A DNA stretch of 64,000 nt. Source: Chiloscyllium plagiosum. Taxonomy: Eukaryota. Position numbers and translations under genes: made by a program. The DNA lies in contig NC_057749.1 in NCBI RefSeq assembly GCF_004010195.1, forward strand, positions 26,210,591 through 26,274,590. Reading direction: 5' to 3'. The notes under the pieces are model-generated. The model saw nothing but the letters and a program-made list of their open reading frames with translations. It did not search any database and had not been told where the DNA came from. This document shows, piece by piece, positions 24,942-37,740 of this stretch (its first letter is position 1; each line of letters opens with the position of its first letter).

Positions 24942-25197
24942 ACGGGAAAGAAAGGCAAAGAATCTCAACGAGGTGCCTAATGGGCACAATACAACTGCTC
25001 CCAATAAAACCAGTAGTCAACTGGCATCCTCACTTGCTGACAAGTGAGGCGCACTGATGAGATAAGATGGAGGAAAGTTTATTCAACTTGTAACCCACAT
25101 TGAACCTGACACAAGCATGCCCATTGAAGCTGGTACTTGACAGCAAATTCACTTTATAAAAAGTACCATATTTAAATAAATTTAATTTTATACTCAC

Positions 25198-25222
25198 ATC
25201 GGTCCAGAAACTGGCTCATCAT
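25198..25222 (-). CDS. NPTN: Neuroplastin 25-nt exon (D)DEPVSGP(M)
   Basis: GGCAG|ATGATGAGCCAGTTTCTGGACCGAT|GTGAGT; phases (1 in, 2 out) join exon 44415 and exon 21696 in frame; long upstream pyrimidine tract. Confidence 0.92.
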
Positions 25223-28200
25223 CTGCCTCAGTCAGAGAGTCAGAACACAGGTGACAGGGAAGGTAAAGAAAAAGGAAAAAAAAAGGAGCTATTAGAGATT
25301 AGCACAAAACCATCTGTAAACTGCTAGCACCAGTTGGCTTGACTTTGTCAGCTCAGATAAACTTCAACGATGTAATTGTTCATGGAGTTAGTCTCTAAAT
25401 CATTACATTCAATGGCAAAAAAATGTTATTACATGGTTGGTTAACACTTTGAGGCTTGTCATGAAATACTGCAACTATAGTGGACAGATTGTGTAAGGTA
25501 CATGTTCATCTTGTCCCCAAGTTCCAGTGGTTCACTCTCATAGACCAATGAGAAGACGTAAACCAACAACTGATTGTGAAATCCTGTTCAATATTTTTTT
25601 TTCCTCTAGGTTTTGTTGACCTGAACAAAAATGTGTTTTATTTATAGGGTGTAAAGATTGAGAGAGAGTACAAGGGCTTTGCAGTGAGACCAAATCAAGA
25701 CTCGGTACCTAGTTGCCACTAAACTAAAAATGACGTCAAATTTAAACAATGACCGGGGGGAGGGGGGTAACTATTCTGATGTTACGCATAGCTGAAGGAA
25801 GCTCAATGCTTTAAAAAGCAATAACAGAGTTTGCATCTGTGTGCATTACCACTCTACAAGGGCAAAAACGGAACGGGATGGATGGATCAAATACATCCTA
25901 GCTTGGAGCATGTTTTGATCACCAATTCTACTAAAATGTCCAAACAGATGTGCTTCAAAACGTTTTTTGTCCTATAAGTACAGAATGGAGGATCAAAACA
26001 TTTCAGATCATAAGATTACAATCTATCATTTTAAGGCAAGGTAAAAGGGCTGTAAACACATACTGCAGGATTGAGGGCTCACACTACTAAAGGTACTACA
26101 ATACCCTGGACAGTGTATGGCATTAGCAAAGGTAGAGTTAAATAGTCTTCTCCAGAGCAAGGGACACATTATTTAAGTGGACCAAAGATAAGTATTTCCC
26201 CTTTAATAGAGGGCTGAAGAAACGAGAAATTTCAAGCTGCGTCTGTATTGAGCAGTAGTGTGTTAATTTGATCATTTGCATTTATGCTAATATAATAATG
26301 AATTTTGACAAGGCACTAGAACCAAATGACTGAGATGAGATTCCTTTGGCTCAGGTAATCCAAAGTTACTCAAATCTTTTTGATGCATTGATTTAATATA
26401 CAATAAGTGCAGAAATCAAGGGTAGGATAAGACATACATGAGTGAACCATGAGATGTTTTACTTGTACCGGAATCAGAATGATGCATTGCATTGGAACAC
26501 ATTCTGGATTGAAAGGTATGATGTTGCAATTAAAACCTGAACACACACACACACACAGTGGATCATGTGGTACTGTATCGCAAAGACCTGATTCATACAT
26601 GGTTACAACTGCATGCATGTGCTCCCTGATGTTTAAAAGTAATAAGGCAGGTTAGAAGAAAAAAAACAATTCAATATCCTAGAACTTGGTATTTGAATGC
26701 ACCACAACACTTAGACAAGTTTTATTGATTTTTAAAAAAGTAACAGGTCGTGTAGTGTTAGTTATTTTGCTAAAATCAGAAATAAACAAATTTCATTTTA
26801 TTTATCAGATGGGTAATGCAATAAGGTCTTTATTTTTCTTCTCAATCTCTTATCTAACCAACTTATGGGAGCAATTGTATTCTTTAAAAATATGATCTTG
26901 CATTTTTTCAAACTTACTGAGGGAGGAGAAAGAATTTGATTTTATCCTTCAAACATTCTGGCTTTAATAACTTCAAACAACATTTGAAATGGCAAAAAAA
27001 AAGATTTTTATTTTGGAAGGAAAGGTCGGACATTTAACAAAGGGCGTTTGATAATGGGTGTTTCAAGTTTCTTGGGTTCAAAGAAATTATGTGGCATAGA
27101 CTTGGTTAGGCAACAAAGATCTACAAAATGTTTTTTTTGCTGGACAAGCCCTGTGTTATGTCCACTAGGTTAAGCAGGATTCCACAAGGTGTCTGGTATA
27201 CATGAAGCAAGTATGGAAATTTATCGCAACGCAGCCACCTGACAGCACGCACCAGGAGTAATGGCAACATTTCCAGGGCTACGAAAGTGCCATTACTCCA
27301 TCTGTACCTTGAGGCACGGAGAGAAGCCACCGCCAGCGCACAAGTGACTGGGAAGACCAAAAAAAGTCAAATCACAAACCAACAGCTCACAGCCGCGAAA
27401 CACCAGCAACACACCAGTGACCACAGGTCTCAGTCACTGGCAAGGACGTATTTATAAAACAGTGTACAAAGAAAACTAAGACCAGTCAGACAACCAGACG
27501 TCAGTGCCGCAGAGAATACTGAAATTATATACACTGTTTATGTAATCAAGAGATGCATCAGGAATTGAAACAAGTACACAGACTATATAGTTAGTTTCTC
27601 CCCTCTACCACTTGTTTCTTAAACCCAGAGTTTATAAGTAGATTCTAAATTAACAAAGAACTATATGACTTTTGATAGGACAAGGCAATTTTCTGTATCA
27701 GAAGATTTTCATAGCAAATTAAAAAGCTGCTTTATCACTCAGGAAAACCGACTTCATGATAGACTTCAACAAATCAGTGAAATTGTGAGAGATTTTAAGC
27801 TCTGAGGGAGGGAGTCAAGGTATATATAGTACGATACTTAAGCAAAAAAAAAAATAAGTGAGCTAATTATGTTAACAAATTTGGTTATTTCCAATCCAAG
27901 TTGAGGGCTTGTATAAGCATTGCCACCAATCTAAGCTCCCAATAAATGCACAGTTGCAATGTGGATCTTAAAAACATAGCATATTTTTAAGGCAAACTAC
28001 TAAATCGCAAGTGCCCCCAACTCTTACAATGGGAAACCTCCAGCACTTTGCACACATGATCAGACTGTGCTGTGGCAGAGCTAAGCTCATCCACTGAGAC
28101 ATTCCATTAAAGTCAGTTAAATGTTGGTAAGGATACTATTAATATGGGCAAATCTACATCTATCCAAATTAAACCAAAATATCATTCCTACCTCAAGAAA

Positions 28201-29164
28201 GGACAACTTTATAATAATTGGAAAAACATACACACCCATTAATATACACTAGATAAAAATATCTGAACATTACACTTTCACTAAACCCCAACATCTTGCT
28301 TTGAACTAAGGGTTCCTGCTGTGGCCGACAAATAACTTTAGGGCTTTTTGAATGAATCCACTTCAAGAATGGATGCTAACTTAACAGGCTTATATAGGGA
28401 GTGCCATTAAGAGAGCTATTTTGAATGACACGCAACATAGGTTTTTTTTTATACAAGGCAATTTGCACAGAAGGAACTTGTCACATTTGAGAGATCACCA
28501 TCAGGCATTTCAATTTTCAAAATTGGAATGATAAGTAAACAGAATTGTATTCATTCTCCCCCCCCCCCCCCCAATAGAGGAAATAAACATGCATGCATGA
28601 AACATCAGGAAAAGATCATTTTGGGGTATGAAGCAATTCTTAAAATTGGGATCTACGCTAATGAGAATTAAAAATCGTGGGAAGACCAGAGAAAAGAACA
28701 CTCATTTCAATAATGCATCGATTAGAATGGTTTCCTCCATATACCATTCCTGTTGACTCAGCTACTAGTTCAGTATTTACAACAGCCATCTGCCATGGGA
28801 CATGAGATCCATCAATAACCCTGATACAGACTAACATAGCAAGTGTCCTCATCATAAGTCATATAGTTGCAGAAAGGAGAGCTAGTTCAAACCTAAAGAG
28901 AAATCAGTTTGCCGGCCGTGAGTTCTGGCCAACTCCTACAACAACCCAAGTAGAGAAACAGAACAGACTAAACCCAAAAAACGCAGATTTTGAAAACAAA
29001 ACAACTACAAATCCAGAAACGGCAGCAGGAAAAACTGAATGGAAGATACGAAAAAGTTGCGAACGTGGATGAGGACTTGGAAAAAAGTTTTAACATCATG
29101 AACTGATGCACTTCAGACTTGAAGCTGAGAAAAACAAACTCAAGCATGCAATTCTCTCACTTAC

Positions 29165-29296
29165 CACCAGTTTTAGGGTATGATGCAATTGAGAGGGAAA
29201 GAAAAGAAGTCACAATAACCGACAAATATCAATATTAACCATAGTTCTAACCTAGCAAGTTAGTTTGAAGTGGGTCTATGTGGAGACCATCCAACC
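29165..29296 (-). other. Candidate alternative NPTN exon (132 nt) with in-frame stop, giving C-terminus ..EVPD-GLDGLHIDPLQTNLLG*
   Basis: Acceptor CTGTTTCTACAG|G at 29297, TAG at 29249-29247, donor GTG|GTAAGT at 29164, TGCATG ~15 nt downstream. Confidence 0.35.
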
Positions 29297-30777
29297 CTGT
29301 AGAAACAGTTACTGGGAAAATTGCCTGTACGTCTGAATGAGATCACCATGTAATTTGGAGTAGAAGTGATTGGATATAGCCTGTATATAACAAGGCTTCT
29401 CTTCGAAAAGTGTATGCATAAAAGTTTAAAATCCTTGCTTTATTTCCTACAATACAAAGAACTATGCAGGCTTATTTGAGAGAATATATTTTAAAAGCAT
29501 AACTTTTTTTGTTTCAACTTAATTGGTAAGCCTATGGCTTTGAACTTTGAATTAGAAATCAAAACAATCTGGTCAAAAAAATTGTTTTCATAAGTGTGCC
29601 TGTCCTGCCCAAATAGAAGAATAAATATAAAATTGTGAATTCTTCTATAACCTATTAAGTGTAAATCCTAACCAAAGCGTGCATTTGCAGCTCTTCACAG
29701 TTACAATCCACTCCCAAGAAATCCACCTTGATGCCAAAATATTATATACTGAAACTCAGGAAGTTAAAATGGTAATTTAATAGTCATCATTCACTTGGAA
29801 TTTGATGAGCCTCAAACCAAGTCTGTAAAATATTAAACTATGCCATGTAGCTGCAGTGAAATAGAAAAAACTAGTAATACTCAGCAGGTCTAACAGTATC
29901 CATGGAAAGAGGAGGTAAAGTTAATAGATCATCAGAAAGAATTCTGGAAGGGCAGAGACCTGAAATGTTTAACCTGTTTCTCTGTACACAGATACTGTCA
30001 GACCTTCCCACTATTTCCAACATGTTCTGTTCTTATTACAGACTACCATCAGTCACAATATCTTGCTTTTGCTTTATCTGCAATCTCCTTTGTAAAAGCA
30101 AAATAATGTGGATGCTGGGAACCTGAAATAAAAACCAAAAATGCTGAAAAGTGCTCAACAGTTCAGGGAGCATCAGTGGAGAGAAACAGGTCATTGAGCC
30201 AAAAAGTGTTAATTCTTTCATCAGAAAATCAATTGTTAGTGTTACCACTCTGACCTTGAAGGAGTCATGAGTTAATAATTCAGCCACAGTTGCAACACGA
30301 ATGCACATATTTTAAATGTTCTGCTATTAGTGTGCTTTCAATCCCTCGAGATGTACTGCATTAGTTCTGCCACAAAGCAAAAGGCCCTTAAATTAAATTT
30401 TACTGAATTATTGCAAATAAAGTTCTCCAGATTTCTCCATTTCAGCTTTAATGCTTGGCATGAATTATTGGCTGTTTTTAAAAACAATAGTCAATTCACA
30501 TTTTATATAGATTGTCAAAAAGGAGATTTAATGCCCAGGATTGCAATCTGCTACTGCATGAAGAATAGCACAGAACTTTTAATGAATTGAATCAAGCAAG
30601 CAAGTGTAGATGAGTAACTCATTATATTCAAATCCAGAAAAACATGATTTAAAAATTACTCCAAGTAATGTTTGAGAGCAAACCTGGATCTACAACTCCT
30701 AAATTAGTTACCTTGAAATAATGAAGTGGCAGGATAGAGAGGAAATGGTCTCGATGTTTCTGAAAATGGTTTATGGG

Positions 30778-32010
30778 AACATAGGACTCTGGAGTAGGTC
30801 AGTGTGCCCTTTCACTGTGCTCTGCCATTCACGAAGATCACAGCTGATTGGATTGTAATTTCAACTTCACTTTGCTGCCCTCTCCCCCTGCAGTCCTATA
30901 TGACAATTATTCCCTTGTCCACTAACAATCGAAACAACTCAGTTTTGAACAAATTCAATAACCCAGCTCCTGCTGCTTTCTCAAGAAGACAATTTCATAG
31001 ACTAAATGATTCTCAGAGAAAGGCAGCTTCTCATCTCATTCTTAAAAGGGTTTAATCTTGAGATCACCAAATTCCTTAATTCTAATCCCTTCCACAAAAA
31101 TAAATATCCACCTGGTATTCCCCTGATCAAGTTCCCTCAGGATATTATGTTTCAATAAGACTACCTTTCATTCTTCTATACTCCAATGGGTACAGGCTCA
31201 ATCCTTTTCTTCATACGAATTGCTTATCTAGGAGTTGAATGAACTACAGGAAACATTTCTCCCCCCAAAAATAGATTAAATCCATATACAACATGCCAGA
31301 TGACGTCTCATCAAATATCCTTTAAGGTGCAACAAAATTCCCTAATTTTACAATGCCTTCCTCTTGAAATGAGCAAGATTCTACTTGCCTTCTTAATCAC
31401 TTGCTGTACCAGCATGCAAATATTTTGCATATACCAGGGCACCCAGATGCCTTTGTAAAGCCAAGCTTGACAATCTCCTTTTGAATAACAAAGTGGTATT
31501 CCATTCTTCCTCCCAAAGTGGACAAATTTGCATTTGCCCACATATGGCCTTTCATTGTTTTGCACACCCACTTAACCAAATCCCTTGTATACCCTCTTCC
31601 TCCTCACTAAAAACTTACTTTCCTACCTATCTTGAGGTCATCAGCACCTTTAGCTATTACATTCATTTATATATCTCATTGATACAGATCGCAAACTGTT
31701 AAGGCCCAGTACCAACTCCTGTGGTGCTGCACTGGTTATAGTTTGCCAGCCCAAAAAATTCACTTATCCCTACTCTATTCCTCATTAGTTAATAATCCTT
31801 TATCCATGTGAATATGTTTCCTCTATGTGCTTTGATGTAGTACTAATTAAATGCCTTTTGGAAGTCCCAGCAAACATCTACAAGCTCCCACGATCCACCT
31901 TGCTTGTTACTTTATCAAACAAAATCTGAAATTAGTTAATTTCACTTGACAAAGCCATATTGAGTTTCCTTGGTAACATCATGATTTTTGAAGTGTCCAT
32001 CCATAATGTC
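30778..32010 (-). mobile_element. Degenerate CR1 LINE (RT to 3' end)
   Basis: Minus VGKCKFVHFGRKN, VQQVIKKASRIL..ISRG. Confidence 0.65.
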
Positions 32011-33769
32011 CTTAAATTATGAATCCTAGAAACTTTGTGATAAATATTACAAGGTGAAAAGATATCACATTTTGCAGTTCGCAAAGAAACCTCACTTTTA
32101 AGCAAGGTGACAGCATCCAGGCTCTATCCAGATTGGTTAAAGAAAACGCAGACTTTACTGGGTCGGATGGGAAAACTGATGGCTTCAAGTTGAAGTGCTC
32201 TATCTGTATAATAGGCTGTGCTTTCTGTAATGATAAGTCTGGAGTCATTTTGATTACAGTGTTTGGATAATGGTACAAAATAAAAAAAGGTGCTTGGCTG
32301 TAGGATTTTGAAACATGAATTGATTCGCTCCAAAACAAAAAAGCTTTCCATAAGATTAATAAAAAAATTGATGAGATTGTGTGAAATATTGCTAAAAATG
32401 GTCCTTCTTGCCCTAATTTCTTCAAGACTACTTTCCTGAATTTTGATAATTTAGAACTTTTAGTATTAATTTTAAATTTAATTTCTAAATTTATATTCTA
32501 TAATTCCTTCAATAATTAAAATGACTTCATTTATCTTGTTTTTTGGTGTTTGAAATTGATCGAGTTACAATATCTTTCAGTGTTTGAGTGTATCCTGGAG
32601 AAGTCAACATCACTGCCACATCAGTGTTCTTGCATAGCGGAATGTGACCTTTTCCACACTTGAACTTAAAAGTTACCAAGATGAGTATTATTTTAATATC
32701 CTCTTAGTTCCCTTTAAATTCAGCTCCTCTGTAACTATTTTGATAGGGTCAGTGTGAAAATTCTGAGGGAAAGGAATCAGTTTTCTGAATATAATCCAGT
32801 CTAGAATAACTAGATGCAACAACTCAAAAAAGATAACATTCTTGCTGAAGAAAATGAACAAGCTTTCAGAGGAAAATAGAAATATTTCGTCACTATCAGA
32901 TCATCATATTCCAAAACATAAAAATTCAAAGTAACAATATTAATAAGTGTTCAAAATATTCTATGAATGCACTATAATCTTTGGCCAAATCTCTTATTTA
33001 TAAGCCAACCTATTTTGGTTTTGTTGCAATAATGTAAAATCCATCAAAACTGCACAACCTGGAACATAACATCAAGCCTTCATCATCTCAATATAAAATT
33101 TTGTTCAAAGGGCAAATAAAGCAATTTGCACCCATTAAAAAGGGTATGAATTAAATTTCTTATTCCACATTCTCTTACGATGGCCATCCAAGATGTCTGA
33201 GAAATGGAAGCAGGAAGTCCAGAGATCTGTGCTGTTCACATAAAAGTTGGTTAATGCAATGTCAGGAAATATCAAGAGTACAAGCACGAAAGCTCACGTT
33301 TTTCCACACAAGATTTTAACTAGAGAATAAACTAGCTTTAATAACATATGGTGTGGAGTAGGCATTCAGCTGTTCAAGCTTGTGATGTCCTTCAGATGGA
33401 TTAAGGCTGATTTATAACTGAGCCCCATTTACTTGCATTGGTTGTTAGACCATGGCCTAACAAAAAAAAATGTAATTAATCTCAGTTTTAATTTTTCAAT
33501 TAAGCCTGCCTCAACAGCTTGCTTTTTTGAGGAGAGAGATGTTTCAGATTTACATTCCTTCTTATATGAAAAAGTGCTTCATGCTTTCACTTCTGAATTA
33601 CCTAGTTTTAATCTTAAGATTACGTTCCCTTGCCCTGGACTTCAACACAGAAGTGCTTCCTGACCTTTTTCTCACTGACACTTCCATTCACTGCCTGAAA
33701 ATTGTCACAACTCCTTGGAAAGCATTTGGGTTAGCTTTTCGGTTTACTTCGGGGTGGCCGTGGCAGTGG

Positions 33770-33905
33770 AGGAGAGAGAAAGAGACAAAGAGAGACAAAT
33801 ACAGAGACAAACACAGAGAGAGGGATGAGAGGACGGAGGAGAGATTCAGAGAAAAAGACAGTGAGCGTAATCTGTTTAGTTTGGTGGTTGGGGGGGGGGG
33901 GGGGG
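33770..33905. repeat. Imperfect (AG)n tract followed by poly-G
   Basis: Direct inspection. Confidence 0.8.
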
Positions 33906-34024
33906 CAGTCACTGCAACACATGATGCTATTTAGGGTCCCACACTGGTATCTTGTAAATCATAGATAGTGAATCATAGAATCCATACAGTGTGAAAACAG
34001 GCCCTATGGCCTAACAAGTCCACA

Positions 34025-36270
34025 TGATGTTAGTTTTGCTGGTAGTACCTAATGGATCTATTAGGTTCATTAGTCGCTGTTTAAGTGTGTTGTATGGTTT
34101 GTGGGCTACCATGATGCTAATGGGTCTGAGTAGTTTCTGATATGTCTTTGATGTAAGGTAATGTAACTATAGTTTTTGGTTGCATTGTCTGCTTGTTTGG
34201 GTTTGTTTCTGAGAAATCGGCAGATTGTGTTCATTGGGTAGCTGGTTTTCTTGATATTTTTCTTCTGCTTCTAGTTCTTGGGTGCTGCAGTATGATGTAG
34301 CTCCTTCAAATAATGTCTTGATACAGGTCAGTTTGAGGGTGTTGGGATGATTGCTTCTGAAGTTAAGTATTTGGTCGGTGTTTGTTGATTTTTCTGTAGA
34401 TGCTGGTTTGAAGCTCTCCATTAACTGTACGTTCAAACTGTCACATCAAGGAATGGAAGTCTGTTGTCATTCTCCTCCTCTTTTGTGAATTTTACGCCTG
34501 TCAGGATATTGTTATGGTATTGTATGTTTCCTCTAATTTGTTCCATTTTGTGATGACAAAGATGTCATCTATTATTGGACCCAAAGTTTGGGTTAGATAG
34601 ACTGGAGGGCAGCTTGTTGAAGTCCCTGCATTACAGCTTCCACGAACAGCACTGCATCAAGACATTCTTTCAGTGAGTTACATCATGCTGCAGGACCCAA
34701 AAACTACAAAGAGAAAAAAGAAAAATATCTATGCAGCATTTTCAAGAAAAACAGGTACCCAGTAAACACAATCCACTGATTTCTCAAACAAAATCAAGCA
34801 GACAATGCATCCAAAACCTATAGCCACATTACCTTACATCAAAGACATATCAGAAATGACTTCCAGACTACTCAGACCCCTTGGCATCATGGTAGCTCAC
34901 AAACCTACTAACACACTTATACAGCGACTAATGAACCTAATGGATCCATTAATACTACCAGCAAAACTAACGTCATTTACAAGATACCATGAAAGAACTG
35001 TAAAAAACACTAACATTGGACAAATTAGCAGGAAACTGGCCACGAGGATACATGAACACCAACTGGCCACCAAAAGACATGACGCACTAGTTTCCCTACA
35101 TACAGACAAAGAAGGACACCACTTTGACTGGGACAACACACATATCCTAGGACAGACGAAACAAAGACATGCTTGAGAATTCTGAGAGACATGGCATTCT
35201 AACCAAAACTCCATCAATAAACACATTTAGATTCCATCTACTTTCCCTTGAAAAAAAGCCAGAAGTGACATCACCCACCTTGAGAAACTAAGACCTATAA
35301 ATAGAGGGGGACGTACCACCAGCGCTTCACCAGAGACTCTCTCTGACATTATCTAGATGGAGGTCTGCTTGCTGAGCTAGTTTTCAGATGTTCGTCACCA
35401 TTCGAGGTAACATCAGTGAACCTCTGGATGAAGCACTGGTGGTATGGCCCACTTTATTTGTGTTTGGATTTCCTTGGGTTGGTGATGTCATTTCCTGTTC
35501 TTTTTCTCAGGGGGTGGTAAATGGGATCCAAGTCAACGTATTTGTTGATAGAGTCCCTGTTGGAATGCCATGCATCTAGGAATTCTTGTGTGTATCTCCA
35601 TTTGGCTTGTCCTAGGATGGGATGTGTTGTCCTTTCTCATTGGTACGTAAGGATACTAGCGATAGTGCATCATGTCTTTTTGTGGCTAGTTCACATTCAT
35701 GTATCCTGGTGGCTAGTTTTCTGCCTGTTTGTCCCATGTAGTATGTGCTACAGTTCTTGCAAGGTATTTTGTAAATGACATTAGTTTTGCTTGTTGTCTG
35801 TATAGGGTCTTTTAAGTTCATTAGCTGCTGTTTTAGTGGGTTACCACGATGCGAAGAGGTCAGAGTAGTCTGGCAATCATTTCTGAGGTGCCTTTGATGT
35901 AGGGGAGAGTGGCTAGGATTTCTAGACGTATTTTGTCTGTTTGGGGTTGTTGCTGTGAAATCAGCGGACTGTGTTCATTGGGTACCTGTTCCTTTCGAAT
36001 ACGTTGTGTAGGTGATTTTCCTCTGCTCTTCGTAGTTCCTCTGTGCTGCAGTGTGTGATGGCCCATTGAAATAATGTTCAAATGCAGCTTCATTTGTGGA
36101 TGTTGGGCTGATTGCTTCTGTAGTTCAGTATATGGTTGGTATCTGTTGTTTTCCTGTAGATGCTGGTTTGAAGTTCCTTATTGGCTGTTTTCTCTACTGT
36201 GATGTCGAAGAATGGCAGTTTGTTGTTGTTTTCCTCTTCAGTGAATTTTATGCCAGTAAAGGTATTGTGA
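34025..36270. mobile_element. Cluster of Penelope-like RT/GIY-YIG fragments in alternating orientations (-34025-34640, +34645-35350, -35355-36270)
   Basis: DQILNFRSNHPNT, ATLPYIKDISEMTSRLLRPLGIMVAHKPT, NVIYKIPCKNCSTYYMGQTGRKLATRIHE. Confidence 0.85.
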
Positions 36271-36271
36271 G

Positions 36272-37080
36272 ACCATGAGACGTGGGAGTGGAAGAAAGAC
36301 CATTCAGCCCATCGAGTTCACTCTGCCATTCAATCATGGCTGATGGGCATTTCAACGTCACTTACCCGCACTCTCCCCATATCCCTTAATTCCTTGCGAG
36401 ATTAAGAATTTATCAATCTCTGCCTTGAAGGCATTTAACATCCCAACCTCCACTGCACTCAATGCAGTGAATTCCACAGGCCTACCACACTGACTAAAGA
36501 AATGTGGTAATTTCCAAAGTGACCCCCTCTAATTCTAAGGCTGTGCCCACAGGTCCTAGTATCCCCACTTGACAGAAACAATTTCCCAGCATCCACTCTT
36601 TCTAGACCATGTATTATCTTGTGAGTTTCTATTAGATTCCCCCTCAATCTTCTGAACGCTAAACAATCCCAGGATCCTCAGCCATTCATCATATGTTAGA
36701 CCTACCATTTCAGGGATCATAGTGAATCCCCACTGGACACGCTCCAGGGCCAGTATGCCCTTCCTGAGGAATTGGGTCCAAAATTGGATACTATTATAAA
36801 TGGGGCCTAACCAGAGCTTCATAAAGTCTTAATAGCACCTCACTGCTTTTATATTCCAATCCTCTTGAAATAAATGACAACATTAACCACAGACTCAACC
36901 TGCAAGAATCCTGTACTAGCACTCCCAGATCCCTTTGTACTTTGGTTTTATGAATTTTCTCACCGTTTAGAAAATAGTCCTTGCCTGTATTTTTTTTTTC
37001 CCCAAAGCGCAAGACCTCGCATTTGCTCATATTGGATTTCCCCAGCCATTTCTTGGACTATTCTCCTAAACTGTCTAAAT
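36272..37080 (-). mobile_element. CR1 LINE 3' part inserted in PLE
   Basis: SKCEVLRFG..VQRDLGVLVQDS, LYEALVRPHL, RGNLIETHKIIHGLERV; PLE RT sequence resumes at ~37090. Confidence 0.85.
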
Positions 37081-37517
37081 CTCAATTATTGATGGCTTTG
37101 AAGGTACTATTGATGGTCTTGAAGGTTTCCTCCAATTTTTCTTGTATCGTGATGACAAAGGTGTCATCCACACAGCTGAACTAAAGTTTGGGTTGAATGG
37201 TTGGCAGAGCTGTTTGTTTGACTCTCTGCATTACTGCCTCTGCTAAGAACCCTGATATTGGAGATCCCATGTGTGTCCTTTTGGTTTTTCCTGTAGATTT
37301 TGTTGTTGAAGGTGAAGTGGATGTTAAGGCTCCACTGGCTTGACGATATTGTCCTTGCTGATGAACTTGGTGGTATATTTGGTGTATCCTTACATTTAGA
37401 TAAAGAAGGACACCACTTTGGCTGGGACAACACATCCATCCTAGGATGAGCCAAACAAAGACACACACGAGAATTCCTAGAAGTATGGCATTCCAACCAG
37501 AATGCCATCAACAAACA

Positions 37518-37740
37518 AAGTTAAAAATCACACAACACCAGGTTATAGTCCAACAGGTTTAATTGGAAGCATACTAGCTTTTGGAGCGACGCTTCTTCAT
37601 CAGGTGATTGTGATAATCACCTGATGAAGGAGTGTCACTCCGAAAGCTAGTGTGCTTCCAATTAAACCTGTTGGACTATAACCTGGTGTTGTGTGATTTT
37701 TAACTTTGTACACCCCAGTCCAACACCGGCATCTCCGAAT
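37518..37740. mobile_element. Palindromic double-hammerhead mini-element with 12-bp TSD, nested in another PLE
   Basis: ~90-bp near-perfect inverted arms (37518-37609 / 37614-37707); TSD CATCAACAAACA at 37506-37517 and 37741-37752. Confidence 0.85.
37618..37652 (+). ncRNA. Minimal hammerhead ribozyme motif, intact core
   Basis: CAC-CTGATGA-a-GGAGT-gtc-ACTCC-GAAA-G-CTA-GTG. Confidence 0.7.

Noticed and set aside
37629..37641. Apparent C-G to U-A covariation in hammerhead stem II versus the 10102 copy
   Set aside because: Explained equally well by CpG deamination of GGAGCGTCGCTCC; not evidence of selection
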